The position numbers and the translations under genes are program-made. From assembly GCF_963506605.1 (NCBI RefSeq), contig NC_083289.1:25172001-25236000 (forward strand): 64,000 bases of DNA. The letters are read 5' to 3'. Of this stretch, positions 52,131 to 64,000 are shown in pieces (position 1 is the stretch's first letter; each line of letters opens with the position of its first letter). The notes below the pieces were generated by a model that worked only from the letters and a program-made list of their open reading frames with translations, had not been told where the DNA came from and made no database searches. The DNA is from Zootoca vivipara (Eukaryota).

Positions 52131-52533
52131 CTAGGAGCCATAGCAAAAGAAGAGACCAACAGAGTCAAGACTACCAAGTTACTTCTACAGAGTAGCCAGC
52201 AAGGAGAGAGTTATGGAACAGCCTTCCCAAGGAAGCTTGCCTGGCACCATTCTTGTAGTCCTTTTATCCCAAGGCGAAGACACCTCTGTTCAGCCAAGTT
52301 TTCTTTTTTAAAAATAACACTTGCGCAGTCTACTTCTCAGTTTTCAAACCTGTGGCTTTAATCTGTGTGCTCTGTTTTTGTAGCATTTATTTAATTTGGA
52401 AGTTATGCTTTTAATGTATGTTTTGGTTAGCTTCCCTGTATCAGGAAGGTTTTGATGTTTGATGTTTTATTATGTTTTTATATGTGTTGGAAGCTGCCCA
52501 GAATGGCTGAGGAAACCCAGTCAGATGGGCAGG

Positions 52534-52626
52534 GAAGAAGAAGAAGAAGAAGAAGAAGAAGAAGAAGAAGAAGAAGAAGAAGAAGAAGAAGAAGAAGAAG
52601 AAGAAGAAGAAAAAGAAGAAGAAGAA
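52534..52626. repeat. (GAA)31 triplet repeat with one AAA interruption, at the end of an L2 3' UTR fragment (about 52440-52533)
   Basis: Direct count; preceded by ggaagctgcccagaatggctgaggaaacccagtcagatgggc. Confidence 0.95.
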
Positions 52627-52978
52627 TGCAAGCCATACAAAGAACTCCGTGTTATGAGACAGCTTACAAATCAACTTTTAAAACACTTTCACCCATTATC
52701 TTCTCTGATGTTCAGGATCTGGACACCACAGATACTGCCAATTCCTCATTTTGTTCCTCAGCCCAGCAATGGGCCCTTCCACTGCCCACATTCAACAAAC
52801 ATGCTTCACTGCTTGTACCAAGTTCAGGAGTTGCTCCGTGCTGGAGATGGAGTCAATGGACTTGCCCAGGGGAAAAAAACCACTCTTCCAGCTTTTCCTT
52901 CCCACTCTCTTCCCAAAAGAAGCTTTCTTGCTTCTTAGCTGTCACTCTCACAGCTAGCAAGAGACATGATGCACATAC

Positions 52979-53191
52979 CTGACTGTGTTTGGAACATGGC
53001 AAGGACACCGCTTGTTGCATTTCAGCCCATAATATCTCTCGGGGCACATCCGCTCCTGGCAATGGATCCCTTTGAAGCCTGGGTCGCACAGGCAGGCCCC
53101 GTTGATGTGGTAGCACTTGGCTCGGTTCTCGCAGTTGCATTTCTGCATGCACTGAAAGCCGAACGTCCCAACAGGGCACTCCTCCTGGCAT
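52979..53191 (-). CDS. MEGF11: MEGF11 internal coding exon A (213 nt, phase 2-2), EGF-like repeats
   Basis: Acceptor tttgcag|A, donor AG|gtatgt. Encodes [70 protein letters not shown]. The final AG joins C of exon B to give Ser. The exon is secure; the paralog call rests mainly on exons C-G. Confidence 0.9.
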
Positions 53192-53768
53192 CTGCAAAGG
53201 AGAAGAAGCAGTGGCAGGTAGAGTGTCAAGTTTAAACAGCACCCGGCCCAATAAAAATCTGTAGCTCAGTGGCAGTTTGCAAGCAAAATGTCCCAGCATC
53301 TCCATATAGGACCAGCAATGAGCCCTGCCTGAAGCTCTGGAGAGCCAACACTGGTCAAGGTGTGCAGTTTTGAGTTAGATGGGCCAATGGTACAAGGCGG
53401 CTTAAGAAAGCTTGCTGTTCCTTGCTGGCCTGCTGCTCTGGATCCAGTCTGTTCCTTCTCAACATCCCCATATGCACAGAACTAGAACATGAGAATTGGC
53501 TTGCTATATTTTTGGTAGTAGTCAAGCCAGCTTGATGCACCAACCTGATGCACCCGGAAGCTCGTAAGAAGGGCATAAAAATGGCTGAACATGTGAACAT
53601 AGGAAGAGCCCTGCTGGATCAGGCCAAAGGCTTATCTAGCCCAGTGTCCTGTTCTCACTGTGGCCAATTGGATGCCCATTGTCCTGTGCCAATGAGATGC
53701 CCATGAGAAGCCTACTAGAAAGTGCTGAGTGTAACAGCAGACAGCAGTGACTGGTACCTTTTGGGACT

Positions 53769-54120
53769 GGATGCGGGTGGCGTTGTGGGTTAAACCACAG
53801 AGCCTAGGGCTTGCCCATCAGAAGGTCGGCAGTTCAAATCCCCGCAACGGGGTGAGCTCCCGTTGCTCGGTCCCTGCTCCTGCCAACCTAGCAGTTTGAA
53901 AGCACGTCAAGGTGCAAGTAGATAAATAGGTACTGCTACAGCGGGAAGGTAAACGGCGTTTCCGTGTGCTGCTCTGGTTCGCCAGAAGCGGCTTTGTCAT
54001 GCTGGCCACATGACCCGGAAGCTGTGCGCCGGCTCCCTCGGCCAATAACGTGAGATGAGCGCCGCAACCCCAGAGTCGGTCACGGCTAGACCTAATGGTC
54101 AGGGGTCTCTTTACCTTACC
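53769..54120 (+). mobile_element. Sauria SINE, full length
   Basis: ggatgcgggtggcgttgtgggttaaaccac...gcaagtagataaataggtac...ggccacatgacccggaag...ccagagtcggtcacggctagac...ctttaccttacc: tRNA head, BovB-related 3' part and (ACCTTT)-like tail. Confidence 0.92.
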
Positions 54121-55351
54121 AGTGGAGGCAGAACATAGCCACCATGGCTAGTAGCTCTTGCATCATCCTGCCCATGCCTTAAAGTCATATGCCAATACTC
54201 TCCTCTGAGAGCTCCCCTCTGTCAAAACCGAAGCTAAGAAAGCTGGAGGACTGTTATCTTTTCAAATTCCCATACAAAGTGACCTATTCAGACAAATGTG
54301 CAGATTGGAACACAGCAACGTACTGGAGTTCACACTTCTCCAAATATTGCATTGTGGGTCTTGGCATTTGAATTTATCAAAATACACTTTTTAAATACAT
54401 ATTTTGAGAGGATTAAAAGAAAATGTCATAGATTAATGTAGAAAAATGGTCTGGTTGGCAGCCTGGAACACTGAATAGTAACATTACATGCCAAAGCATT
54501 TCTCTGCAGCCCCCCCCCCCCAATTTTGCCACTAATACCCATGATCTTGATAAAAGGCATTGCAAATTTACTGGTTCCTCCAGCAGTAAAGCCAGGCTCC
54601 TACTCGAGAAGCTGCAAGACAGAGCCATGCAAGGGATCGGTGCCTAAGCCACCTCCTGAGTTCTGAAACTTGCCCTACCCTGCAAGAAGCTCACATCTTT
54701 GTCTGAAATGATCTGCCACGAAGGACCACTATGTCGTATTATTAATAAAGTCTTATCGCATGGGCAGCAGGGACTGGAAATTGCCCAATCAGCATTCATT
54801 TAATCCTGCCATTGATTAAAATGTTTACTGTAACCTCCACGCAGAGAGGAGATTGTTAAATGCCTTTTGTGGGTCATTTCGCAGACGGCACCGGAGAGAG
54901 TTAAAAATATGATGATCAGGGAGAAAGGATTTAAACACGCAATGCTTGCCTGGGAAAGCAGGAGGGGAATGGCAATGAAATTGGTTGATGCAAAAGGAAA
55001 AGTGCTACTGCAGCTGCTGGCCCACTGAATATGCCCCCCCCCAAACAAACCACATGTCCCATTGCTGCATATACTTACATCAGATCTCACAAGGCAATGA
55101 TTCTCAGGTATTTTCAGTGGAACAGCTATTGCAACATATCCACAGTTAGGGACGTGCAAAACTGCCCATTTCAGTTTCTCTCGCTGCCTTATTTTTCCAG
55201 GCTTAAGTTCAGTTTGCTACATTTCAGCATCAGCTTGCTGAAAGTTCACCAGCACTTTAGAGTGCCTTTCTCCTAATATTTACACTTTCATGCACACAGT
55301 ATTGCAAGGAAGTTCTCCTAATATAACATACTACTACTATGCCACGTCAGC

Positions 55352-55578
55352 TGTCATGGCTTCCGCCACAGAATCCTGGGAGTTGTAGTTTCTTACACAT
55401 GCTGAGAGTTGCTAGAAGACCCCCTTACCAAAGTACAATCCACGGAGTTTCCTGAGAAGGAGGATAGCTAAACCATGTTGGGAACTGTAACTCTGAGAGG
55501 GGAATAGAGGTCTCCTAACGACTCTCAGAACCCTTAGCCAACTGCAGCCCCCAGGATTCTTTGTGGGGAAGCCATGAC
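55352..55578. mobile_element. Palindromic MITE-like element
   Basis: Inverted arms gtcatggcttcc.ccacagaatcctggg ... cccaggattctttgtggggaagccatgac. Confidence 0.7.
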
Positions 55579-58500
55579 TGTTTATAGTTTTATCATAGTG
55601 CTTTAAATGTATATTGTGGATGAGATCTGAAGCTAAGTTTGAAAGAAGAATTCTATTGCTGAAAGGAACCATTTGCTGGGGGTGCTCGATAGCAGCCTGA
55701 TTGTGTGAGGTGCCTGTCACAATTTCTCTGGTTTGCAAATGTGCCCATGTGCCCCCAAAGCCTGGGAACCCCCTGGGTTACCACTTCATGCCAGTTGATT
55801 TGCATCCCTTCTGTTTACCAGTGAGACTTTCCTTGCTGCAAAATTTGCCGTGTGCTGCTCCAGCTAACACTGAGGCAGGACGGAGCTTCCCTACCTGCGT
55901 AGTCTAGAAAGCATATACAGCTTTATGACACTAAAGGCAGGCAAAGAACTGTTTCCCCTGCCACACTGGTATTTAAAAGCACAGATGCCTGCTTTCCGTT
56001 TGCAGATCTTCTTGGCAGGCCTGAAAGCATGGTGAGATGTCTGGAGAGCTCGCTTTCCAAGTGCAGCCTGCCAATTTGAGCAGAAATGTAAAATACTCCG
56101 CAAGATGAATAGAGTAGTCAATACCATACTATATCACCCTATATTTATAGATGAAACCAAGTGGGAAAGATCATCTAGAAATGAAACATCAATGACCTAA
56201 TCTATTTACATAATTAGCTACCCTCTTGTCCCCAACCCAACCGCTCTGCTAACCGTTTAACCAACTTATTTATCTGGAGATCAAGCAACCCCCTGCAAAT
56301 GAATTTTATGCAACAAGAAACCAATAATGGCTCCTTTGGATTGTAAGGATCATCGCTGTAGGAATTAACTTGCTGCAGAAAATGTCATCACTTTGCAACG
56401 TATCAATCTAATGGGCCTGCAACACCATTAGCAGCCAGATGCATTGCTCAATTAAATTACTCAACAAGCGACTAGACCCTCGTCATGTTTCTTGTTCAAT
56501 TTTACATGGCTTCCTTCTTATCTGGGAAGAGCCGCATTATTATAAGTGCCATTGAAGTTTAATAAGTGTACAATTATTTGGGGTTGGGTTAATATATGTG
56601 CCAGCTGTAGAATTAATGGCTACAATTTCACAACGTATTAAACATTATGATGCCCTGTTAAACACGTTACATGCACAAAACAATATTTATTTCTTCCACA
56701 ACAAGGGTGGGGGGGACTTTCTGACTTGTGGGGGCGGGGAGAAGGGAGTTGATATCTTTACCTGGTTGTGCCCCATGGGCAAACCTGGACAGATGGTTTG
56801 CCCCCACCCACCTGTCAAAATCCCTTAAGCAGAGTTCCCAACTGGCCAACAGCCACTTTGGGAAGCACAGCACTTGGGGCTGGCAAAGCGCTTCTTTCTC
56901 CTCTCCCACCAGCTGATGGCATAAGTGTCATCCGCTGATTGACAGGTAGACATGGTTGGGGGTGTGTGTGAATGGCTTTGTGGGCCAGACTGGATCTCCT
57001 GGAGGGCCAAGACTGGATTGCAGGCTGAAAGTTCCCCAGGCCTGTTCTGAAGCAGGAGCGAGGAATCTGTGGCCCTTCAGATACTCTTTGGGGGAAGGAC
57101 AGCTCTCATATCCCCTAAGCACTGGCCATGGTGGCAGTGGAACCCAGATGGAGGGCCACACTTTCCCAACCCCCTGCTCTAAGGATGTCACAAGAGGAGC
57201 TATATTGTGCTGCCAACCCATTCTCTCATCAGTGAAAATAGTTTTGTCCAATGGAAAGAATCAAAATGGCACCCCAAAGACAGCAAGCATTAAAAAAAAC
57301 TCGGGTGATCATGTTTTCATAAATATCATTATGGAGTACTCACTGGTAACAAAACAGCAAGGAAAATAAACTTGTTCGCTGTAATTGGTGAGATTTGGGG
57401 GAACTGTCCTCCCTGCATAAAAGATTCTAATCTTGCAATTCCGCAGCTCAAATACAGTTTCTTGCTGGCTGCAAGACTTGGGAACTGATTTCCTATTCTG
57501 TATTTCTACCAGAACTGTGGCTTCCAATAATTGGGGTCCACAATGAAAGCATTTGCATTGGATGCTCAGCTCACGTAAATTTCGGTGCAGCAGGGAAGTT
57601 ATCTGGCGCTATCAACTTGGCGTTTGTTGAGTTATTCAGAATGCACAGGCATGCTCCACGAACCAGAAAAAAAGTGAGAATGAAAAGGGAGCTATTCAGC
57701 TCCCACAGGCTTTTGTGACCGTGCTATTTCCCCACAAATATTTATCGAAAAATACATGTTTTATTATCTCTTCTGCAGGACTGTATGCTGTAGGCTAATA
57801 CAGATTACATTTGAAGAGTATTAGAAAGGGGATCCGGAAGGGACTGTTGTAAAAGAGCACCCATTAACAGGAACATTTCCTTGATTTATTTAAAAGGTCA
57901 CCCGCACGGTATTTCACCCAGAATGGGGGATGGGGGAAAGGAATCTTACTGCAGCCCATCAAGCCCAGGGAGCAATAGGGACAGAAATGAAATTGCTGGT
58001 TGGTCCCATTGTTCAAATTAATTGAGAACGGTTTAGTCGCAATTTTAGGAACCAAAAAAGAGAGAGGTTTATTTATTTTTTTGGTCCTAAAAGTGAACCA
58101 GCAGCCCATCATGAGCTGGACCAGGATTGAAAGCTGCAATTACAATGTGCTTGGCTTCAGCACCCAGTTTTGGGATCCAGGGTGATCTCAGGGTTGGAGA
58201 ATTTTTTTCATTCCCTTCTCGACAACCTTCCAGTCCCACGTGCCAGTGGTGGGTGGAGCAATTGTTAGACCTTTGTACAGTCGGCTAGTTTCTACACATG
58301 CTTGACATGCTCCTCTCTATGCTGCCATTCAGTCAAGCAAGAAACATTAATGGAGTTTAGAGACACATTCTAGCCAGGCATTCACACTTGGGGTATAAAG
58401 CAGAGCCAGCAAGAAGTTTGTCTTAGGAAGAGTTCTAGGGGCCAGAGAAGAGTTATCTGAGGACAAATACAATCTTCAGTAGCTCGTAAAACCCCATCTC

Positions 58501-58615
58501 AAAGGAGAAGCAAACTTCTGAGCCCCCAAATTCTTCTCCCGAGAGGCAATGACTGCTCACTCAGTAAGCATCCCAGCTGAGTTGGGATTTGAATCCTGGT
58601 CTTTCACCTCCTAGA

Positions 58616-59321
58616 CAGAGCCGTCTCTAGGCCCGGGTCCAGTGGCGCGGGCGCACCAGGGCGCCAGGTCACCAGGGGTAGCCGCTGCGCCCGCAGGGAG
58701 GCGTGGCGGAGGTGGCCCCAGGCGCACCTCTCAGCTTTTGGCGGCTTCAGGCTGCTCTCCGGAGGCGCATGGGCCTGGGGCCGCCTCCGCCGCGCGCAGG
58801 GGCGTCACAACAGGGGGCGGCCCGCACCTATGGCGGAGAAGCCCTGGCACCCTTGAACATCTTTTCCCGCTACATCCTAAAAAAGGCTATCTTGTGGTGG
58901 GACCAGGAAGGCCAGCGGCCGCCAGGACCACCAAACATCGGGCCTGGATGGGCAGCGATAGCGGCTGCTCTCCTAGTTTGTCCAGGGCCTGCCTTGGGCC
59001 TTTCCAGACCCGCCCTGACTTCCTCGATGGCTGCTGGAGAGGCACCCCTCGGCAAGCGCCGGCAGCGAGGAACCCCCTCTGTCGGGCGGCGGCTCCTAAG
59101 CGAGATGGGCACCTGCCGCCCACCTCCACCACCCCTGGCCAATCTCCGGCCAGGAGGCGCCGCTGCCATGCTCACCTGGGACGCCCCACCCATACCTTCC
59201 TGCGCGCCTCCAGGCTACGAGCCACGGCGCTGCGCCCGCCCGCCGCGCTGGGAAACGGGGCAGGGGGGGCGCCAGAGGGATCCGCCACACCAGGGCGCCA
59301 GGTATGCTGAAGACAGCCCTG
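58616..59321. mobile_element. GC/CpG-rich non-autonomous hAT transposon, 706 bp
   Basis: 11-bp TIRs CAGAGCCGTCT / AGACAGCCCTG; perfect 8-bp TSD ctcctaga; repeated (ca)gggcgcc subterminal motifs. Confidence 0.9.
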
Positions 59322-60456
59322 CTCCTAGACTGGCTGAAATCACCACAGAACACCTGGTCAGTCAATCCTTTACTAGGCCAATGAATGACCATCTTTACAT
59401 AAGTGGATCAGACCAGCCTGAAGACATTGGCTTGCTCAGTGTAGAAAGTACACCCACTCCCACATCCTAGTTTATGCCTTCAAGTATCATTTTGAAAGCA
59501 TGAATAGAGCTTATGTTTCTCTTTGGGGAAAAGATAAGAGTTTCGCCATTGCCCTTGATAATTATAGTAGTCCTATTGGGGACCTTCACTCATAGATCCA
59601 TGAAAGGTTGATGTCAGTCTACAACAGCTGTCCCCAGCCTGGTACCCTTCAGAGTTGTGGAACTACAACTTACATCAGCCCCAGTCAGCATGGCCAATAG
59701 ACAGGGATGATGGGAGTTGTAGTCCACTAATCACCTGGAAGACACAAAGTCAGGGATTGCTGGTCTACAAAAATATATCATTTGGGACTCTCAGGTGCTT
59801 TGAACAGTCTTTCCACTCTCCCATCTAGAAATGCTGGAGTGAAGTATGGGGAACGGAAAAATGCAGTGCTTACTCTTGAGGGGATTAATTGGTATAAATG
59901 TGTTTCATTTGCATATCTTGTAAACATGGTGAGATCTCCCCGTTAAAGTTTATTGCTGCAAATATCTAAATTAAATTAAATTTAATCCATTATGTTTTAT
60001 AAGGAACATTAAAAAAAAGGAAAACCACGCCATCCTAACTATAATAAAAATGGAGCAGCTTTGCCAAAAAAAATTATAGAAGTGATAAGATCTAGCTATA
60101 TAAAAAAAGAATGTGTCTCATTTCAGCAAAAGCAATGGGGTGCATGACTATTTATTTATTTAATTAAAAGCATTTCTAAGTGGCTTAATATTTCAAAAAA
60201 TCTCAATCTACAGTGTACACCATGTCTTCCTATATACATAAAAAATGTAAGGCTGTCATCTTATAGTCCCCATTGGAGGATTTGTAGTGTCTCATAAGAA
60301 TCCTAGGAAGGGGAGGCTCTAGGGGTTAATGTGGGGGTGATGTGGGTACAGTATAAAAACGATGGGTTGTAGCTGACTAAATTCTACTCTGAATAGCCCT
60401 ATTGAAATTAAGGGTGATAAATTTATCATGTCCGTTAATTTAAATAGGCCTATTCA

Positions 60457-60753
60457 CAGCCCTGAGTGCTCACTGGAAGGACAGATCCTGAAGCTGAGGC
60501 TCCAATACTTTGGCCACCTCATGAGAAGAGAAGACTCCCTGGAAAAGACCCTGATGTTGGGAAAGATGGAGGGCACAAGGAGAAGGGGACGACAGAGGAT
60601 GAGATGGTTTGACAGTGTTCTCGAAGCTACGAACATGAGTCTGACCAAACTGTGGGAGGCAGTAGAAGACAGGAGTGCCTGGCGTGCTCTGGTCCATGGG
60701 GTCATGAAGAGTCGGACACGACTAAACGACTAAACAACAACAACAACAACAAC
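60457..60753 (+). mobile_element. BovB (RTE) LINE 3' fragment with (CAA)n tail
   Basis: SPECSLEGQILKLRLQYFGHLMRREDSLEKTLMLGKMEGTRRRGRQRMRWFDSV...WRALVHGVMKSRTRLND* is the BovB ORF C-terminus; tail acaacaacaac. Confidence 0.93.
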
Positions 60754-61469
60754 TCACATGAGTAGGACTAACATTGGGTACAACCCAAAGCAGAAATATA
60801 AACTTAGTTACAGCACCTCTCAGGTGGGCACTATTGCCATTATAAGAGAACAAGGGAGGCATTCATGGTGAGTTCCAGCACCTCTTTTTCTAGAAAAAAT
60901 AGCTCCCCACCTGCCACTTTCCCCCAGAATGACAAGGAACTATTAATGAGTACTCTTTGGGTTCAGCCAGTCAACCAGCTACAAATCCACCTAACAGTTA
61001 CCTGTTAATAAATAAATGAATAAATATATGCGTCTGCTAAAAAGTAATCCTTGTTCAGTTCAGTGGGACCTACTCCCAGGTACACAGGATCAAAGCCTTA
61101 TCCTCCAAGGAAAAGGAGCTCTTTATTATCAGATTCCATTACTGACACTTTCAAAGAAAAATATTCTCAATCCCCTTTTAAAAGTTTTCTTGAAATAGCT
61201 TTAGTGTGAAGAATTATATTTGACACCTATTGGGCCAGACCTGATTCATGTGTTTGCAAGGACTTCAAGAGATACTGTACAGTATATGTAAATGTCTCCA
61301 GCTAGGACTTTTTACTTCTGTATGGGATCTGAAGCTCCTTCTGTCAAAACGAATAAGGCTCGAACAAGGCCCAGGAGTCTTTGTGCTCTTAACATTTGGG
61401 AGGATTTGCAGGTTTTCTTTTTCCATTGTTTTCTTATCAAGTTATGTATGGCGTATGTTTAAAATATGT

Positions 61470-61690
61470 GTGTAGTGTGAGGTTTAGTGGTTAGAGTGTC
61501 AGACTAGGACCTGGGAGACCAGGGTTCAAATCCTCACTCGGCCATGAAGCTTGCTGGGTGACCTTGAGCCAGTCACACTCTCTCAACCTAACCTACCTCA
61601 CAGGGTTGTTGTGAGGATAAAGTGGAGAGGTGGTGAAGGTGTGTATGCCACCCTGAGATCCTTGGAGGAAAGGTGGGGAACAAATGTAAA
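61470..61690 (+). mobile_element. tRNA-derived, MIR/CORE-like SINE
   Basis: tagtggttagagtgtcagactagg...cagggttcaaatcc...gggtgaccttgagccagtcac...acctacctcacagggttgttgtgaggataaa. Confidence 0.8.
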
Positions 61691-62157
61691 GTTTAAAATA
61701 ACTCAAATACTGCTAAATTTTTGCTTTCTCTTTTTATTAATTTAAATAGTGCATCTCTCTGTATTCATTAGACTTTTTTGGAGCGGGGGGAAGTTGCCAG
61801 GAGCAAAAGTAGGTGAAGCAATTAATGCCAATTTTACCTGTGAGCAGTAGGCTCACACTCACACACCTCTCTGCATCCTCCATCCAGGTAAGCAAGAACC
61901 ATTAGCAGGATGCAAGAATACACTCCAACCAGGTATAAAGGAAAGTGCAAGCAAGGCCAAGGAGTAGTGTAACCTGGGGAGGAGCGCAAGTGCCATATAG
62001 AAAGGCCTTGAGGGCCACATCTGCCATCCCCCCGGTCCTGAGGTTCACCATCTCTGACAATGGGACTTTGCTAATTGAGGTTTCATTGGGTTGAAATAGT
62101 TTTAACTGCCAATCCACACAGGAGAATAAAGTTTTCCACCTGCTACCTCCATACCTA

Positions 62158-62295
<138 letters not shown>

Positions 62296-63009
62296 CTATG
62301 TAGGAGGAGACAGAGAAAGAAAAACTGTCATTTCAGGTTAACATGGAGAACAAAAACAAACAAACAAACACATTGCATTTAGATGTGCATTAAAGGATGT
62401 GCTTTGCATTTCATGCCATCTAATAAAGTGCTTGCCACTTTACCAGTACGTATATTAAAATGCATATTTTAGGTTGGAAGTCATATGAGAATGTGGATTT
62501 TAGTATAAAATGTGTACGAAATGACCACGTTAGGGTAAACTGTGTTCATAAATGTCTGTTCTGCCATGGAATACCTAGAAAGTAATGTGAATTTTAACGC
62601 AAACTAATACAAAGTAATGTGCACTTTAAAAACTGCAGATTCACCCAGGAGTGGTACAGAATGGACTTATGAATGAATGCAAGAGGACATGGAAACATAC
62701 TGAGCCTTCCATTCATATGCCACACAATCCATCCAATTTCTACCGGTAGTTGCTACCACTGAGAAGCTATGGGGTTCAATCCTGCTTGGAAACCCTGCCA
62801 AGCCATGTTGTCACTACCACAACTCTCGGGTCAGGTTCTCCTTCTTCATTGGATGAGGCCAGGGGTTCTGAGTGGGAGAGGGAATCACCCTAGGTGTACA
62901 CAACCACTCAGAAGGAAGGCATACTGACACACACTGCCTTCCATCAGCTACAGCTGGTGACCCATTGGCACCCCTATCTAGACAAAGATAACCTAGCTTC
63001 TGTTGTCTA

Positions 63010-63425
63010 TGCTCTGGCAACCTCGAGGTTAGATTACTGCAACACATGGTAAGTGGGGCTGCCTCTGAAGATGGCTCGGAAACATCAGCTAGTGCAAAAT
63101 TAAGTGGCCAGGTTGCTCACCCGGGCAAGACAGTTTGAGCATATTACACTGATTCTGGCTGTCCATTCATCTCCTGGCCCAATTCATAGTGCTGGTTTCA
63201 CTTATAAAGCCATAAATGGCTCAGGACTGCAATACACCAAGAACTGCCTCTCCCCATATGAACCAACCAGAACCCTGTGATCATAATCTGAGGCCCTTCT
63301 TCATGTGCCTTCTCCACGAGAGACCCAGAGGGTGGCAACATGACAATGGGCCTTTTCTGTGGCGACTCCCCATTTGTGGAATGCTCTCCCCAGGGAGGCT
63401 CACCTGGTGCCTTCATTATATACCT
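63010..63425 (+). mobile_element. L2 LINE ORF2 fragment, degraded
   Basis: gctctggcaacctcgaggttagattactgcaac (ALATSRLDYCN) ... cagctagtgcaaaat (QLVQN) ... tggaatgctctccc (WNALP). Confidence 0.82.
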
Positions 63426-64000
63426 GAAAGACTCTGAAAGCCTATCCTAACCTATATGAATGCTGGCTCTTCAGCTGTGGAAGGGATAGCTTGGCCTCAG
63501 TTCAAGAGCATCTGGGCCCTGCCATAACCATTTGTGTCTCTAGGCTTGAGCAAGGAGTGCTATTTTGAATCTCTCTCCAGGAAGGCAAGTTGCCCATTGA
63601 TCATGATAATAAATGCCTTTTCTCATCATGTTTCAAAGAGGAGAGGATTTCTATCAGCAAATGATGAGGAAGCAGTGCTCTGAGATGCATCCCCTCAAGA
63701 GAGGTGTGAATCTTTAGGCACAAACGTGCATTTAGGGAATACAAAATGCCCATCTCCGGAGGATCAAATGTCAGAGCAAAGTTGCAAGCAATTTTATGCA
63801 GCTCATCAACACAGTTTGTTCCATCAGCAACTTTGCAAAGACTTCAGGCTTGTGCGTTCTTCAGCGCCCTTCCCCAATGTCATCAACTGCTGCCGAGGAA
63901 AGCAAAAGATGGCCCCAGCACCCCCCCCCTCTCCCAACACTTCATTTAAGTCAGAGCAAGGATTAAAATGCATTCTCCTCTCCAACAGAACATGTGCTGC

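Noticed and set aside
52441-52982. Poly-Arg, poly-Glu and poly-Phe ORFs
   Set aside because: Translations of the GAA microsatellite. The same applies to poly-residue ORFs near 18, 767, 12018, 17856 and 26124.
58642-59470. Long overlapping ORFs of 222 and 255 aa
   Set aside because: They lie mostly inside a GC-rich hAT element bounded by TSDs. Several frames on both strands are open, the products are low-complexity Ala/Arg/Pro/Gly, and there is no transposase motif.

Overview
Eukaryotic, intron-rich vertebrate DNA. The repeat content (Sauria SINE, CR1, L2, BovB/RTE, hAT and Tc1/mariner MITEs) points to a squamate, probably a lacertid lizard. The window lies inside one minus-strand gene, most likely MEGF11 (MEGF10/MEGF11/PEAR1 family). 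Seven internal coding exons were found: 53191-52979, 47083-46909, 24193-24073, 22732-22569, 21934-21832, 2271-2125 and 369-235. All have GT-AG boundaries and splice in frame into 1058 nt (352 full codons) encoding about eight tandem EGF/laminin-EGF repeats. The start and stop codons lie outside the window. The rest is intron: transposon fragments (several nested, with readable target-site duplications), microsatellites, a 418-N assembly gap and repeat-free blocks that look like conserved enhancers. Nearly all ORFs in the track are spurious. I see no convincing new biological system. The best leads are a 136-bp palindromic hAT MITE family present six times in the pre-mRNA, CpG-rich non-autonomous transposons, two Gly-to-Arg changes at EGF consensus positions, and candidate enhancers.
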